A DNA stretch of 64,000 nucleotides from Macrostomum lignano (taxonomy: Eukaryota): contig NIVC01000581.1 of the NCBI GenBank assembly GCA_002269645.1, positions 462,633-526,632 on the forward strand, written 5' to 3'. The notes under the pieces are model-generated. The model saw nothing but the letters and a program-made list of their open reading frames with translations. It did not search any database and was not told where the DNA came from. Below are positions 35,352-48,342 of this stretch, one piece after another; the first letter of the stretch is position 1; the number at the start of each line of letters is the position of its first letter. The translations under genes were made by a program, and so were the position numbers.

Positions 35352-36650
35352 TGCTGCGCTCGGTAGCTGTAGAATTCAGGAATTGTCAAGTTAGTTCAGT
35401 CCAAGTTAATTCTCAAATTCCAGAACTACAGTAGGCCCCAATAAAGTACACGCATGTGCAGTACTACATGTCAGAGACGAGTGCACGCTATACGACTTGC
35501 ACTTGTAAGGACTGATTAGGGTGCCAGGATTTTTCTGGGTGGTTAAGTCCACGCAGTGGCAATTTGTGTTATGAATGCTCGCCTGAATCCGAGTGAATAA
35601 CTATTTGCCTTCACGCTGAGCATGAAACCCAAGCCAAAAGTCCTTAGACGATTTAGACAAAACAATTTACCCGTAGAACAAAATCTTTGAGCAAGAAATT
35701 CTTCACCGGAGCATATATAGCTTATATTACGTGACGAAAACTTTAATTCATCGTGGTGTCTCATTTCAAAGTGCCTATTAAAACGACGAAATGCCTGTAC
35801 AAAGCGTTTTATGGTCTGCGACCATGGATGAAATTAAGAAAGAACGGAGTGCTAAGCTGAGCCCAGTTATTTTTGTCTCGCTCGATCTTCGCTTTTACCC
35901 ATAGACATAGATATAAGATCTATGCTTTTACCTCGTAGCATCCCTTCCCCGGCCCCCGTTCCTTCCTATTGGCTGAATTCATATTTTGATGTGAGCTCGT
36001 ACTATGCTAGGAACTTTCAGACAGTGGCCGTGGCGACTATGTGCCAATTTTTGCGCGTCAACCAAAAAAAATTTGCGTTTAGTCGCATCCCTTATTCCAA
36101 AACAACAATTGACGAACCAACAGAATTTTTTTCAAAAAAATGCGTTAAGATTTAAAACTCAATTTTGCTTCAACGAGGTTTCTTTAGTTATGGAATAGTT
36201 TGCTAAGGCAAATAATAATATTTATTAAAATTTTTTGAAACTCGAATAAATTGGCTGAATGATTAAGCAGAGGCACTAGTTTAATAAAGTGCACATAGGA
36301 TACGTGTAAAATACGTGTAAAATGTCTCTTGAATTCATGACATTGCATGTTAAGCTGTTTCCCTGTGTTTGAAGGCAATTCTGTTTGGTTTGAGAAAGAT
36401 TCTGTTTTGTTGAGGAAGAAACTTATGACTTTAACACAATCAAGCAAGTTTGGGTTAGGAGTAAAATGTGGATTTTAATTACTTAAAAATTGGATTGAAA
36501 CTTTTTGAAACATTGATTGAAACAGCATATATGAGCGCTTTTCAAGTGCTTAGGTAAAAACAGCTTAAATAAGCAGAGTGTCAACCGTCAATGAGTCCTG
36601 CTGCTTACCAGCACAGTCTGTATTAACGCAAAGGATCGGTCAAAAGTCAG

Positions 36651-37680
36651 TCACGTCGAAACTTTTTCTGCGCAACAGATGCCGGCAGAGGCGTCCGCAG
36701 CTGCCAGCTCAGCAGTCTTCCTCTTTAAAACTGATTGCGTAATTCGCTTTGACTCTTCTTCTTTCCTCTTCCGAATGCGATCCTGCGCCCTGTGAAGCTC
36801 TTCAAGCTCATTTTCGTGCACCTCTGCTTTCCGCCGAGCTTCTTCAAGCAACAGAAGCGCAGCACTCTTTTCTTTAATTTTTTTCTCAATTTCCATTGCA
36901 TTTGATGCAACATCCGTTTGCAAAGAGCTGAATTGCTTGCTAGCTTTCTTTTCCGCCTCCACTTCGGTGAGCACGTCCTCTTTCGTTAGCTTTTCGTGGC
37001 GCTCTCGCTCCGCTTCCGCCGCCTCATCCTTCAGTCTCTGTCAGTACGCCGAATGAGCACTTGCGCACATGTTCCGGAGAGCTAAGGTGACAGGCAGATT
37101 CGCAGCAGTCCATTTCTTTACAGACAAACAGGAACGAGTGTGACAATTAAGGCCTTGACGGTGAAGGGCGCCAAACTCGTCCGCTTCTTAGTAACCGTGT
37201 CCCGAACCAGACTGAAGACTCGCTCAACTTCAGCGTTCCCGTGTGGGAGAACGAGAAGCGCTCTGACAAGCCTGATGAGTAGAGGACGATTACCAGCCTT
37301 GGATACAGACTCCCAAAACTCGATGACATTTGACGACTCCGAATCCGGAATCTCTGTCTGGTGTAGACGCGCCTCAACTTCCAGGCTGCCAATCTCCGTG
37401 TCAGCGAAAGCGAATGACATTTCCGCCGCGAGGGTTGTAACCCACTTAACATACGACGAATTACCCTGCTCCTTAGGATCCAGCATTTTGCAGGCCTTGA
37501 GGAACTTACTCTTGAAGGGCAGGTAGTCCCTCAGTTTTTCCGTTCCAAATCGGAAGAATTTTTTCATTGCTTGAAGACACACTTCCTGGTCGTCAGCACT
37601 CATGTCAACAAAGAATCGCTTTGCTGGCTCACCCATCCCAATGCTATAGACCGAGTCACTAAGAGTCAGGCCCTAGCCAG
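36651..37680 (-). mobile_element. 5'-truncated hAT-type transposase fragment (C-terminal dimerisation region plus coiled-coil tail)
   Basis: ORF 37636-37118 has VIEFW...LLVLPHGNAEVERVFSLVRDTVTKKRTSL, the hAT dimerisation-domain signature. Charged coiled-coil ORF at 36974-36651. No catalytic core upstream. Confidence 0.7.
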
Positions 37681-39117
37681 ACAGCTGGATCATCCAAGTT
37701 GACTTTCCATGGATGCCACTTGGAAAGCTTGGCCAAATCTACGAATCGCAACAGCCAGCGCTTCATCAAGTCTATAGCATCTGACTGTGTAGGTGATGGA
37801 GCTGGGAGCTTTCTTGCTGGAAGAGAAGCTCAAAACGCTGAAGCGGCTGCAAAACCTCCGCTAAGAAGCGAAGAAAGAACTCAGTCTTTGGATCTCTCAG
37901 GGCCTTTTTTATGGTACCATCGTGCGGCAATGAGTTCCTACTCTTGAAGTTTCAGAGGGAATGAAAACGAGACTAAAAAAAACTTTGTCTATGGCAGTCA
38001 CGAACCAATAGGAAAGAACGGGGGAAGGAAAGCTAGGAAGATCGAGCGAGACAAAAATAACTGGCTTAGGTTAGGTTATCACTCCGTTCTTTCTTTTCTC
38101 CATGTCTGCGACTCTGAAGCAACTCTGGGCAACGCAATTGTGACTCCGGGGCGCTTCTGTAGACTGTGGGGCCGTAGAGGCGTATTTGTACGAGTCGCTG
38201 TAGTGAAGTTGCGTCATCTATAGCGCACCTGTATCACTTATGAATCAGAATCCCATTTCGCATTCGAACAACTCTATTCAGTCTACTTTTGAGTTAGTAG
38301 AAAGTTTAGCGTTAACATGACTATTGTACGATTCTACTACTAACCCGATGCGCTCGTGACCCAACAGTCGCTTCTTTTGACTGTCACGTGAGTTGTTTAA
38401 AAAGTCACAAGAGTCGACCCAGTGTCGCTATAGTCACTAGTGATTTGTTTGTTTGCAATGACTAGCGATTCTTGTCTCGGTAACGTTTCAACGGGTTAGT
38501 CTCGCGTATATTAATGATTACCATACCTATCGATCCTGGTCTCCACTAGGGTCGCCTACTTATCAAACCCATTGCACATCGTGCAATCAAGAGTGAAACT
38601 TCAGGCTGAAAGAGATCACTTACGCGTATCGGTATGCAAGAGCGCCAAAGGCAAGCAAGTCCACCTAAGCCAACGCAGATTGACTGTGCCGCTGCCCAGC
38701 TCAGCCAGCAGCCAGGCCAGCTCGGGCACAGCAACTGGCCGCAGCCAGATTGCTCACGCGGACAGCTGATGATCAGCGGCACAGAATTCTTGCTGCGTTA
38801 GCAGCTGGACTCGAGTTAAAGTGATGCAGAAGTCTGGCAAAGTCCAGAAAAATGTTTACTTTAAACACTAAATACGTTTTTTATTTAGGTAACCGCGCGC
38901 ATTTATATATACAGACTGCAGATGAGCGGTGCATGATTCTATATTGATAGGAGCACTTGCATGGCTTAACTTTGCTTGACTGTTCAGTTGAAAAATGAGT
39001 AAAAATTGTATTAACATAAGATAATTACAGATCTCACAAATAGAAAAAGAATAAGACACGCAACCATAAACTGTACATAATCCACAGTCAGTGCGGAGGT
39101 CGCAACAATCGGGAGCC

Positions 39118-40960
39118 TCAGGCCGAGCTCTGCTTGTAATTCTTCACGTCGATCAGCTTCACGCCGCACATGGCGCAAATGCCTGCAAGATGTTGGAAGG
39201 GCCGGGCTAGTCAGCACTGATAAACCAATGACATTTTGAACCCAATTATTCTATCTGTGGATGGCCATATTGTGTTTGTGTGCTACAGAATGGTAGATTA
39301 TACAGCTAATTTATTCGTATGTTGTCTAGTTTGCTATTTAAATCCCATCTCCGTGCCAAGTTCACCTCTGCAACACTTGGCTTACTTGAGTCCATGCTCA
39401 GAAAGCTAAAATAAATTAAGGATGCATTACTGCTAGGGTTTTTGTCATAGCGTGTGCCATGACGTATCAACTTTAATTTTAGTATCTTGATTATGGACAA
39501 ACATACGAACAAATATTAGAGATTATAGTATATTAGGAATTCAGACCCACACCCTGGATGCCTGATTCTGAGGCTTAAACGACCCAAGAATGACGGCCAG
39601 TCTAGAGCTCGGCCTACCCCATCTAATTTACACCCGTCCTGCATCGCTGAGCTAGGGTGTCACACATGGATAGTTGACCATTGCATATTATTAGAAATTG
39701 TTTTCTTGCTACTAATTAGTAGGCAATTTCTCGGAGTCTCATGGCGCCGACAGGACGGCCAGCTGAGCAGCAGTTACCTTTCTTGTAGGCGCAGCCGGTG
39801 CAGAAGTGCGCGTGCGCCTGGTGAATGTTCGACTTGCAGATGCGGCACTTCTTAAACGAAGTCGTGTACGGACTGAACCGGTTGCTCCGGCCTGTGAGCA
39901 GCTTGTTCTCGTCCACCTTGCGGCCGCCGCCCTCTGTGGAGTTAAGAAATAAGCGCCTCCATTTAACACCAGGGCGCCAAGCAGGTCTTTGAAACCAGCT
40001 CAACGCGACGCATGTGCCACGGCCATTCTTAGAAAACCCAGCCCCTATTTAATTTAATTTAAGAATATTGGGAATCCCTGACAGGGATCAATGTGCACAA
40101 GCGGACAAGATTCGACATTCTTAGAAAACCCAGCCCCTATTTATAGGGAATCCCTGACAGGGATCAATGTGCACAAGCGGACAAGATTCGACATTCTTAG
40201 AAAACCCAGCCCCTATTTATAGGGAATCCCTGACATGGATCAATGTGCACAAGCGGATAAGATTTGGCATTCTTAGAAACAAAATAGCTACAAACATTCA
40301 CAACAAGGCTCAAGATAATTTTCTTTCCCAAAAAATCCAAAGTGGTGACCTTTGATGTGCTAATTTTTTCAACTCTTTATAGTGCCACAAGACAAAGCAC
40401 TGAGTAGTCCATCCCCACTGACCTCAACCAACTTGCTGCTTATCATCAGCATGAGCTGAAGTTAAAATGATACGACGTTTAACATGACATTGTGAATTTT
40501 GCATCCTTATAATTCTTCCTTTAGGAATTGGAAGCAGCAAATAGTTTTGCCATTCCACATCACCCAATGAACATTAACAATTAAAAACTAGTAATTAACA
40601 CCAAATGGCAAAATGAAAGTCATTTCCTCTTATAAAACTTTTTAAGCCTTGCTTAATAAAACTCATACTATAATGCATTCTAGATAGATTTGGTTGCAAT
40701 TAGCTTGCACACACAAGTGTCACCAAGCTTAAAGCAATAACCTTTTGACAAAAATCAAACCTGTTTTAAGAAATCTTACCAGTAGTATTTCTTGCTCCAG
40801 CCTTCCAAACATCAGGGGTGACCACCTTGCCAAGTTTCTTCTCACCTAAAAAACCACAAGAAAATACCTTTGTTCTTGCATCAATTTGAGAGGCCTACCT
40901 AAAAATCTAAAAGATTATACTGAGTTTTTTAAGTTTAAACTTACATTTATCACATACCAT
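39118..40960 (-). CDS. CRIPT: Cysteine-rich PDZ-binding protein CRIPT, 4 exons, 100 aa
   Basis: Exons 40960-40945, 40845-40780, 39933-39778 and 39182-39118 splice to MVCDKCEKKLGKVVTPDVWKAGARNTTEGGGRKVDENK...CRICKS..H..AHFCTGCAYKKGICAMCGVKLIDVKNYKQSSA*. Confidence 0.96.
40026..40280. repeat. ~77-bp tandem repeat, about 3.3 copies, in CRIPT intron 2
   Basis: ATTCTTAGAAAACCCAGCCCCTATTT...TGTGCACAAGCGGACAAGATTCGAC copies. Confidence 0.93.
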
Positions 40961-41415
40961 GTCTGTTCCACAAGTTTTCCCAGGTAAAAAAGGTAAATCT
41001 TAGTCCAAGAGCTGAAAAATATAATAATTTGTTATAGAATAGAGCAAGTAGGCTAAGTTGTTCTTTGAATAATAATAACTAGGCCTAGTATACAAAAAAT
41101 GATTACTCTGCACAATTGACATTTCTTAGCCATTTAAAATTAAATATTTGATTTGACCTTTTTACTATCAATGTTAACTTTAATATCAAATGACTTAGCA
41201 TTTATTGTTTTATAGTTTTGCTATAATCCTAATTTTCCTATAGATCTATAATCTATAATCTATAGCCATATTTAATTTAACTATAAACTATCTATATCTA
41301 TGTCCATAATTATATCTAATTTGGTAGGCCCCTAGTGATGCTTGGTTTATAAATAACAGAAAAATGAAGGCTAACACCAACATATAAGTAAATTATTATA
41401 GCCAATGCATTTCAA

Positions 41416-43046
41416 CGGGTCCTAGTCATTTCGTCAACTGGCGTTTCGTCAACTGGCCATTTCGTCAACTTGGTTTTATCACTGGTCATTTCGTCAACTA
41501 GCCAATGAAGCGATCTCAAACCTCGGTCACTTCGTCAACTGGCCAACAGGGAGTTTCCCAACATTGGTCACTTCGTCAACTGCCAATAAACTACCCCCGC
41601 AGCCGCAGCCGCAAAAAAGTAAAACTGAACCCTGAAATGACTAAGTCGACAGGCTAATTAATATTCATACCCTTCTGCAACATCTGCCGGCTTTCAATCG
41701 ATGCGTCTCTGATATACACTCGTACTAACAAAATATAATGCGCTCATATGTTTTAAACGTGTGCAGCACGACGGGGCTGACATCACCGTGTGTTACACAT
41801 TTTTATATGTTAAATTTTGAATGCAGAAGTTACTTTACATGTAGTTGAGGATTACCCAGACCAAAGATAACGCTTGAAGTGGCCGGGTCCTCTATTCGCA
41901 AAACATACATATAGAAAGCATTCCCAATCAAGCCATTACATACATGAATGTATAGTCATGTATGACTGCGCAACAGGTCGCTTGGATGGAACAGTACATC
42001 GGCGCGGTGATACAAAAGCCGCGTTGGTCACTCGCGTAGGCGATCTTGAAGGCGGCGCGCAGCAGGCCAGTGTGCGCCGCGTCAACTTGTTGCTCAAGCA
42101 ACTTCATCAGCGTCCAGGTCTTGACGTTGTACAGCGGTCTCGATCACCACCTCGCCTGGAACAACGCTGCCCTCTAGCGGTTAGCTGTACAGGCCTTAAG
42201 CTGGGGCCCGTGCTTTAGATTATAAGAGCAAAGAGTAAGGAGTTAGGAGTCAAGAGTGCTCCTAGCAAGGAGCAAATCGATTTTGTGTGCTATAGAGTTC
42301 AGTACTATTGACGTAGTTTTTGTGTGCTATGCCTTCTTACAGTGCATATACATTTTAGTGTTAAGCATGACAGGGAGTGAAATGCCTTATCCATGTACAG
42401 CATGATGGATCGATGAGTGCGCGTGAATCGTGCGTAATTTATATATACTCCGATCAAGAGCATTACCGGATATCAAGATTCGCTGCTTTGGTTGACTGTG
42501 CACAGCGGGGTGGAAGGGTGGGAATTAGGCGCACACATTTCACAATTTTCACGACTCTATAAGGGACTTTATAGCAGTCCTGGACGCGTTTTGATAGGAG
42601 AGATACATATACCCATGTTACATAGTCGCATGTATGGTCGCATAATGCACAAATACTCAAGATTCATTAATGCCAAGATGCATATGTGGGTATGAGTGCG
42701 CATGGGTGACGCATTTGCATAGAATATTTTCATCGAAACATTTAACCTAATGGACATGAAGTATGGTATTGCAAAATTGTAAAATTTGATCGTTTTAAAA
42801 AATAAGGCAATTAATAAAACAAGTTATCGATATAACAATAATTGTAAGCTATACAAGATTATGCAGCTGTATCAGTTACATATGTGTATCATTCATATAA
42901 TGCAAATTTTGGTCACTTTGTCAACAAAGCAAATGGGAAGAACCTAAGCATTGGTCACTTCGTCAACCAGTAAGGTTGCCCCAACACTTTGGTCACTTCG
43001 TCAACCGAGTTGACGAAATGCCAGTTGACGAAATGACCATCACCCG
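41416..43046. mobile_element. Non-autonomous or decayed TIR DNA transposon with subterminal GGTCA(C/T)TTCGTCAAC repeats; superfamily unresolved
   Basis: Imperfect ~40-bp TIRs (CGGGT...GTCATTTCGTCAACTGGC.TTTCGTCAACT). TTTCAA is duplicated on both flanks (41410-41415 and 43047-43052). Degraded coding-like core at ~41870-42220. Confidence 0.8.
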
Positions 43047-45939
43047 TTTCAACACAACTGGTCATCTTTAAAGCTTGCATTCATGGTTCACAACAAAGAA
43101 ACAATGAAAATCAAAAACTGTATAGGGCAATAGAAAAATGGATTTGATCTGGTTGATAATTGTCTATTAAGAGACAAAAATAAATTAAATTATTAGGCCA
43201 TCATACAACAAACAAACACAGAGCAAACAATATTAACAAGAAGAGAGCTACAAATGCAAACCCATACCAACCCTAGAAAACTTTGAGCTGTAAACTGGCT
43301 CCTCCATCTAAAAGCTGACTATTCAGACTAGGTCCATAATGCCTAATGTATAAGGCTTCTAGCACTCTGAGTTTGCTATAAAATCTACATTTATCCAGAA
43401 CAGTAAAAAGCTCAGTCGGCTCAAGGAGCCTATTCATGGCAATCAGTTCTAGAACCAGAATAAATTTGAGTTCTAGAACCAGAACCAGTGTGAAATGAGG
43501 AGCTTTGAACCCATTTTATGTTTGATAGTCTTTACAATTTAATATTGTCATTCTTAACTTTGCTTCCTCTTGTATATGACAAAAAACTGAATAATTATAT
43601 AACAATAATAAAAAATTGATGATTTCAAATATATTTTACTGTTAAAAAATTCTCGAATCATAGGCCTATTCTAGAACCAGAAGTTAGAACTGATCTGTTT
43701 TTCAAACCACCGATATGAATGAGTGTAAAACTTTCCATTTTTCGAACTGGCAATATGAAGAGGTTCTTCTTGATTTTGAAGAGGTTCTTCATATTGCTTG
43801 TTCTGGTTCTAGAACCAGAACCAATTTGTAAAGTATAACTTGTTGTTTCCTTAACTAGAGGGATATACTTGCTATAAACTCTTAATTATTGAATGAAAAT
43901 TGCCAAGAAGAAAGTGAAAAATTTTTCAAAGTGAGGCTGTTAAGGCAGTCAAATATCAACAGAGTTAAATAGTTATACTGCTGTTTTTCTTGGAAGATCC
44001 GAACCGATTTTGTTTCTGGTATTGGTAATGTGAAGAGGCTTGAGGAGGCTCTTGGTCACAACAAGCATTGCAACTAAGCAAATAATCGTGCACGCGCACA
44101 GCAGAGTTTTTCGAAGTTAATCAAAATTTCTTTTCTAATAATTTTAAGTCAGGAAATGAATTTTTTACTTAATCTTCTGTTGAAACTTGAAAAAAAAACT
44201 TTTTAAAAAATAAAACAGAGTTTTAATAAAAACATTTTTGTTGTAGTAAGTTTACGAAGCATTTCCATTTTAAATTCCAAGTTTTCCACGAAACAAATGT
44301 TATCTGTTAAATTATGGCATATGCAGAGGACGAAACAGTCTAATTTTGTTGCATTTTTCTAAAAACATAATTCCTAAGCATAATTTGTGTTGTTTAGATA
44401 GTGTACCTTTAAATAACTTAACTAGGTATTTAATTTTGTATTTTTTATCATGTCATGATCGACCTAAATTTTAACTGAACTGAATAGTGAACTTTGCTCA
44501 TTCTTAATTCTGACTAATAACTAAATTATTAATTATTAGAGACTTGCTAATTTACGTCAATATGAATAAAAACTAACTTAAAAGCAATGTTGCATGATAT
44601 TTCGAATTTAAATTTTGATAATTCCTTAAAGTAAAGAAATGTCTTCTGTAAAAGTTATTAATTAAAATAATTTATATAATTAACACTTACAATTAAAAAA
44701 AGACCTTGACTAATTTAATTTTAAATTGAACTGATTAGCATAATAAATGGCAAAAATATATGCAAAATTGAAATTAAGGGACTATATAAATTTATTTTTT
44801 GTTGACAAAATATTATACCATTTAGACAAATTGTCTCCAGTTTAGGAAGTAGTATTTTAACTAGAAATAAAATTTTCATAGAAAATAAAAACTATTTTTA
44901 TCATTAACCCATTCAAACAAGTAACCAACAAAATTTAAAACCTAGTTAATATTGTTTCATTAGACAAAGTTTGTAAATCCAAGTTGCACTTTTAATAAAT
45001 TCAATTAATTACAATTGCATTTTCAATGTTCTATTAAACTAGGTTTTTATGCTTTAGAAGCTAAAGAGATTGTTATGTATATGATTGTTTTGTTGATTGA
45101 GCAGTTACTATGTTTTTCAAGTATTTTTCATAGTGAACATGAACTGCAAAAATTAGTAGGAAATTTATAATAGTTAATTAAGAACATTTGAAATTTCGGT
45201 ACAAGGTATGCTACAAAAGCTTTTAGACTAATAATAAATAATAAGAAGAAGACTATTGCTTGCCCTAAGTACAAATTGCATCTAATTCTTCTAAAATCTA
45301 TTTATAACTAGCCTAGCTATAAATTCATCCAAAAGTTAAAAAGTGAGGGGATGACTAACAAATCTTTTAGCTCTTAAATTTTGGGTCTAAGAAGAGTCAA
45401 TGCCATTTTATCATGGGATGCCAATGATAGGATAAAATAGTAATGTAGACTTTTGATAAGGTGGTACCTTTCATTTGGTATTCATGCTCTTGATCAAACA
45501 TTATATAATCAACTTGTCACCAATGTTGCTGATGTTTCTTGATCCAGCTGCTAAGGCTTGAGTATAAGTTAGGAAAAATGCTAGAATGCACCAGTAATCA
45601 ACCTATAAGCACATCTGGCAACATAAGTGACAATGACAGTAATTGGTAGCTATGAAAAATCATGTTTAGCAACCATGACCCAGTTATTTCTAATCATTGA
45701 TAACTTTAAGCAAACATGTTCAGATTTACAGCATAGTAAAATGTAGTTCATTATTTGATAATTTTAAGTTGCAGCCTAATCAGAGACGACTTGTATTCAG
45801 GGCAAGCAATAGTCCAAAAATGTTGCAACATCTTTCGTAGATAGGCGACTTATGGTTTAACTTAATATTTAGTGTCCCTTAGCTATTTTGTAGTATTTAA
45901 TGAATAAATTGCATATTTTCAGTTAAGCCTGAAACCACA

Positions 45940-48342
45940 ATGGCACAGAGTCTGGACTACCACATGAATAAGGCCCTTAATGGACCATACAACTACATTT
46001 GCCAGGCTGGTGGCAAGCAGATTCGAGGCAAGCTCTTCAAAGTAAGTTTGCTGATAATTGTAACAATTGTATTTCACTTTTAGCTAAGAAAACAGCCCCT
46101 GCTTTTATTACTGGATTTTTTAACTTAAATTTCAGGCCTTTAATCACTGGTTGAATGTAAGCGAAGAAGTTATGTCGGTGATCTCGGAGATCGCTGAGAT
46201 GCTGCACAATTCCTCTCTGATGTGAGTCCGCTCTGTGATGAAGCTGTTATTCTTTTTTGTTGTGGAGGCCAAAGTAGCTCTACGCCAAAGCAAATTATTT
46301 AATTTAGGACTCTTGCACAAAAACTTGCTTGGGACTTGCCTCTAAGGCGCATATTGCGTACATTGGCATCTAGCAAAAACTTGCCTCTAAGGCGCATATT
46401 GCGTACATTGGCATCTAGCAAAAACTTGCCTCTAAGGCGCATATTGCGTACATTGGCATCTAGCAAAAACTTGCCTCTAAGGCGCATATTGCGTACATTG
46501 GCATCTAGCAAAAACTTGCCTCTAAGGCGCATATTGCGTACATTGGCATCTAGCAAAAACTTGCCTCTAAGGCGCATATTGCGTACATTGGCATCTAGCA
46601 AAAACTAGCAATCAGCGCCCCCGTTGGGGAGCCAACAAAGAATGGAATGAAAAAATTGAATAAAATACTCCTACATGTAGCTTCTGACCTCTCACCCTTG
46701 ATATCAGCAATCCCCCCTTAGCCTCAATACCACATCGATTCTCCCCTGTCAGCCTCGACATCTCAGCAATTCCCCCAATCACAGTAAGCCTCGACATCTC
46801 AGCAATTCCCCTAATCACAGTAAGCCTCGACATCTCAGCAATCCCCGTAAGCCTTGACATCTTAGCCCTACGTGCACATGTGGGCTCAGGGGTCAGCAGA
46901 GTGCATAGCTGCGGATCACTGTTACGGGCTTCACTATTATAAACTGAGTGACTAAATTGCAACTCGCGCTCAGAATTGACGACATCGAAGACAGCTCCGA
47001 GCTGCGCCGCGGCGTGCCCGTCGCCCATCACGTGTTCGGCCTGCCGCTCTCCCTGAACAGCGCCTGCTACATGTACTTCAAGGCGCTGGACACCGCGCTG
47101 CGCCTGCCCGACAGCCGGGTGCCGCGCGTCTTCACTGACCAGATGCTGGTGCTGCACCGCGGCCAGGGACTCGACCTGTACTGGCGGGACACCTACACCT
47201 GCCCCACCCTGGAGCAGTACCAGGAGATGGTGCGCATGAAGACTGGCGGCCTCTTTGGCCTGGGCATCCGCCTCATGTGCCTCTTCTCTGGCGATTGCGG
47301 CGCGGCCAGGGAGACCGACCTGCTGCGCATGGCCGACCTGCTGGGGGTGTTCTTCCAGGTGAGACTGGGCTGGGAGTGTGTTCTTCCAGGTGAGACTGGG
47401 CTGGGAGTGTGTTCTTCCAGATGAGACTGGGCTGGGAGTGTGTTCTTCCAGGTGAGACTGGGCTGGGAGTGTGTTCTTCCAGGTGAGACTGGGCTGGGAG
47501 TGTGTTCTTCCAGGTGAGACTGGGCTGGGAGTGTGCTCTTCCAGGTGAGACTGGGCTGGGAGTGTGTTCTTCCAGGTGAGACTGGGCTGGGAGTGTGTTC
47601 TTCCAGGTGAGACTGGGCTGGGAGTGTGTTCTTCCAGGTGAGACTGGGCTGGGAGTGTGCTCTTCCAGGTGAGACTGGGCTGGGAGTGTGCTCTTCCAGG
47701 TGAGACTGGGCTGGGAGTGTGTTCTTCCAGGTGAGACTGGGCTGGGAGTGTGCTCTTCCAGGTGAGACTGGGCTGGGAGTGTGCTCTTCCAGGTGAGACT
47801 GGGCTGGGAGTGTGCTCTTCCAGGTGAGACTGGGCTGGGAGTGTGCTCTTCCAGGTGAGACTGGGCTGGGAGTGTGCTCTTCCAGGTGAGACTGGGCTGG
47901 GAGTGCTCTTCCAGGTGTACCAGTATGTGGGTGAAGCAGTCGGTGGGTGAAGCAGCCTTCCCGGACGCTCACCATTTGAAATGGAACATCTCCCCAGGTC
48001 CGTGACGACTTCGCGAACCTGATGTCGGAGGAGTACCATGACAACAAGTCGTTCTGCGAGGACCTGACGGAGGGCAAGTACAGCTACCCGATCGTGTGGG
48101 CCATCCAGAACTGCCCTGACGACGATCAAATCTCGTCGGTGCTGCGTCAGCGAACTCGCGATGTTGAAGTGAAAAAGTTCTGCGTCAGGCACCTGCGCAG
48201 CCTGGGCGCCCTGGACCACACGGTGCAGTTCCTCCGGCAGCTGGAGGCCCAGCTGATGCAGCTGCTGGACTCGCTCAGCCCGGACAATGCGCTTCTCAGG
48301 GAGCTCGTTCTTGAGCTGGCTAAGCTGTATGCTAATGCGTGA
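45940..48342 (+). CDS. GGPS1: Geranylgeranyl diphosphate synthase, 4 exons, about 305 aa
   Basis: Exons 45940-46041, 46136-46221, 46974-47358 and 47998-48342. Motifs GKQIR, MLHNSSLIIDDIEDSSELRRG (FARM), LHRGQGLDLYWRD, KTGGLF and FFQVRDDF..CEDLTEGKYSYP (SARM). Confidence 0.97.
46330..46605. repeat. 45-bp perfect tandem repeat x6 in GGPS1 intron 2
   Basis: AAAAACTTGCCTCTAAGGCGCATATTGCGTACATTGGCATCTAGC copies. Confidence 0.98.
46606..46880 (-). mobile_element. 3' fragment of the same Helitron family as 1-6978, antisense in GGPS1 intron 2
   Basis: The minus strand reads GGCTCCCCAACGGGGGCGCTGATTG-CTAG|T and carries the family's GGGGAATTGCTGAGATGTCGAGGCT repeats (compare 6230-6430). Confidence 0.75.
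47340..47915. repeat. 31-bp minisatellite, about 18 copies, made of the GGPS1 exon 3/intron 3 junction
   Basis: Unit TCTTCCAG|GTGAGACTGGGCTGGGAGTGTG(T/C) contains the exon end and the 5' splice site. Confidence 0.97.
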
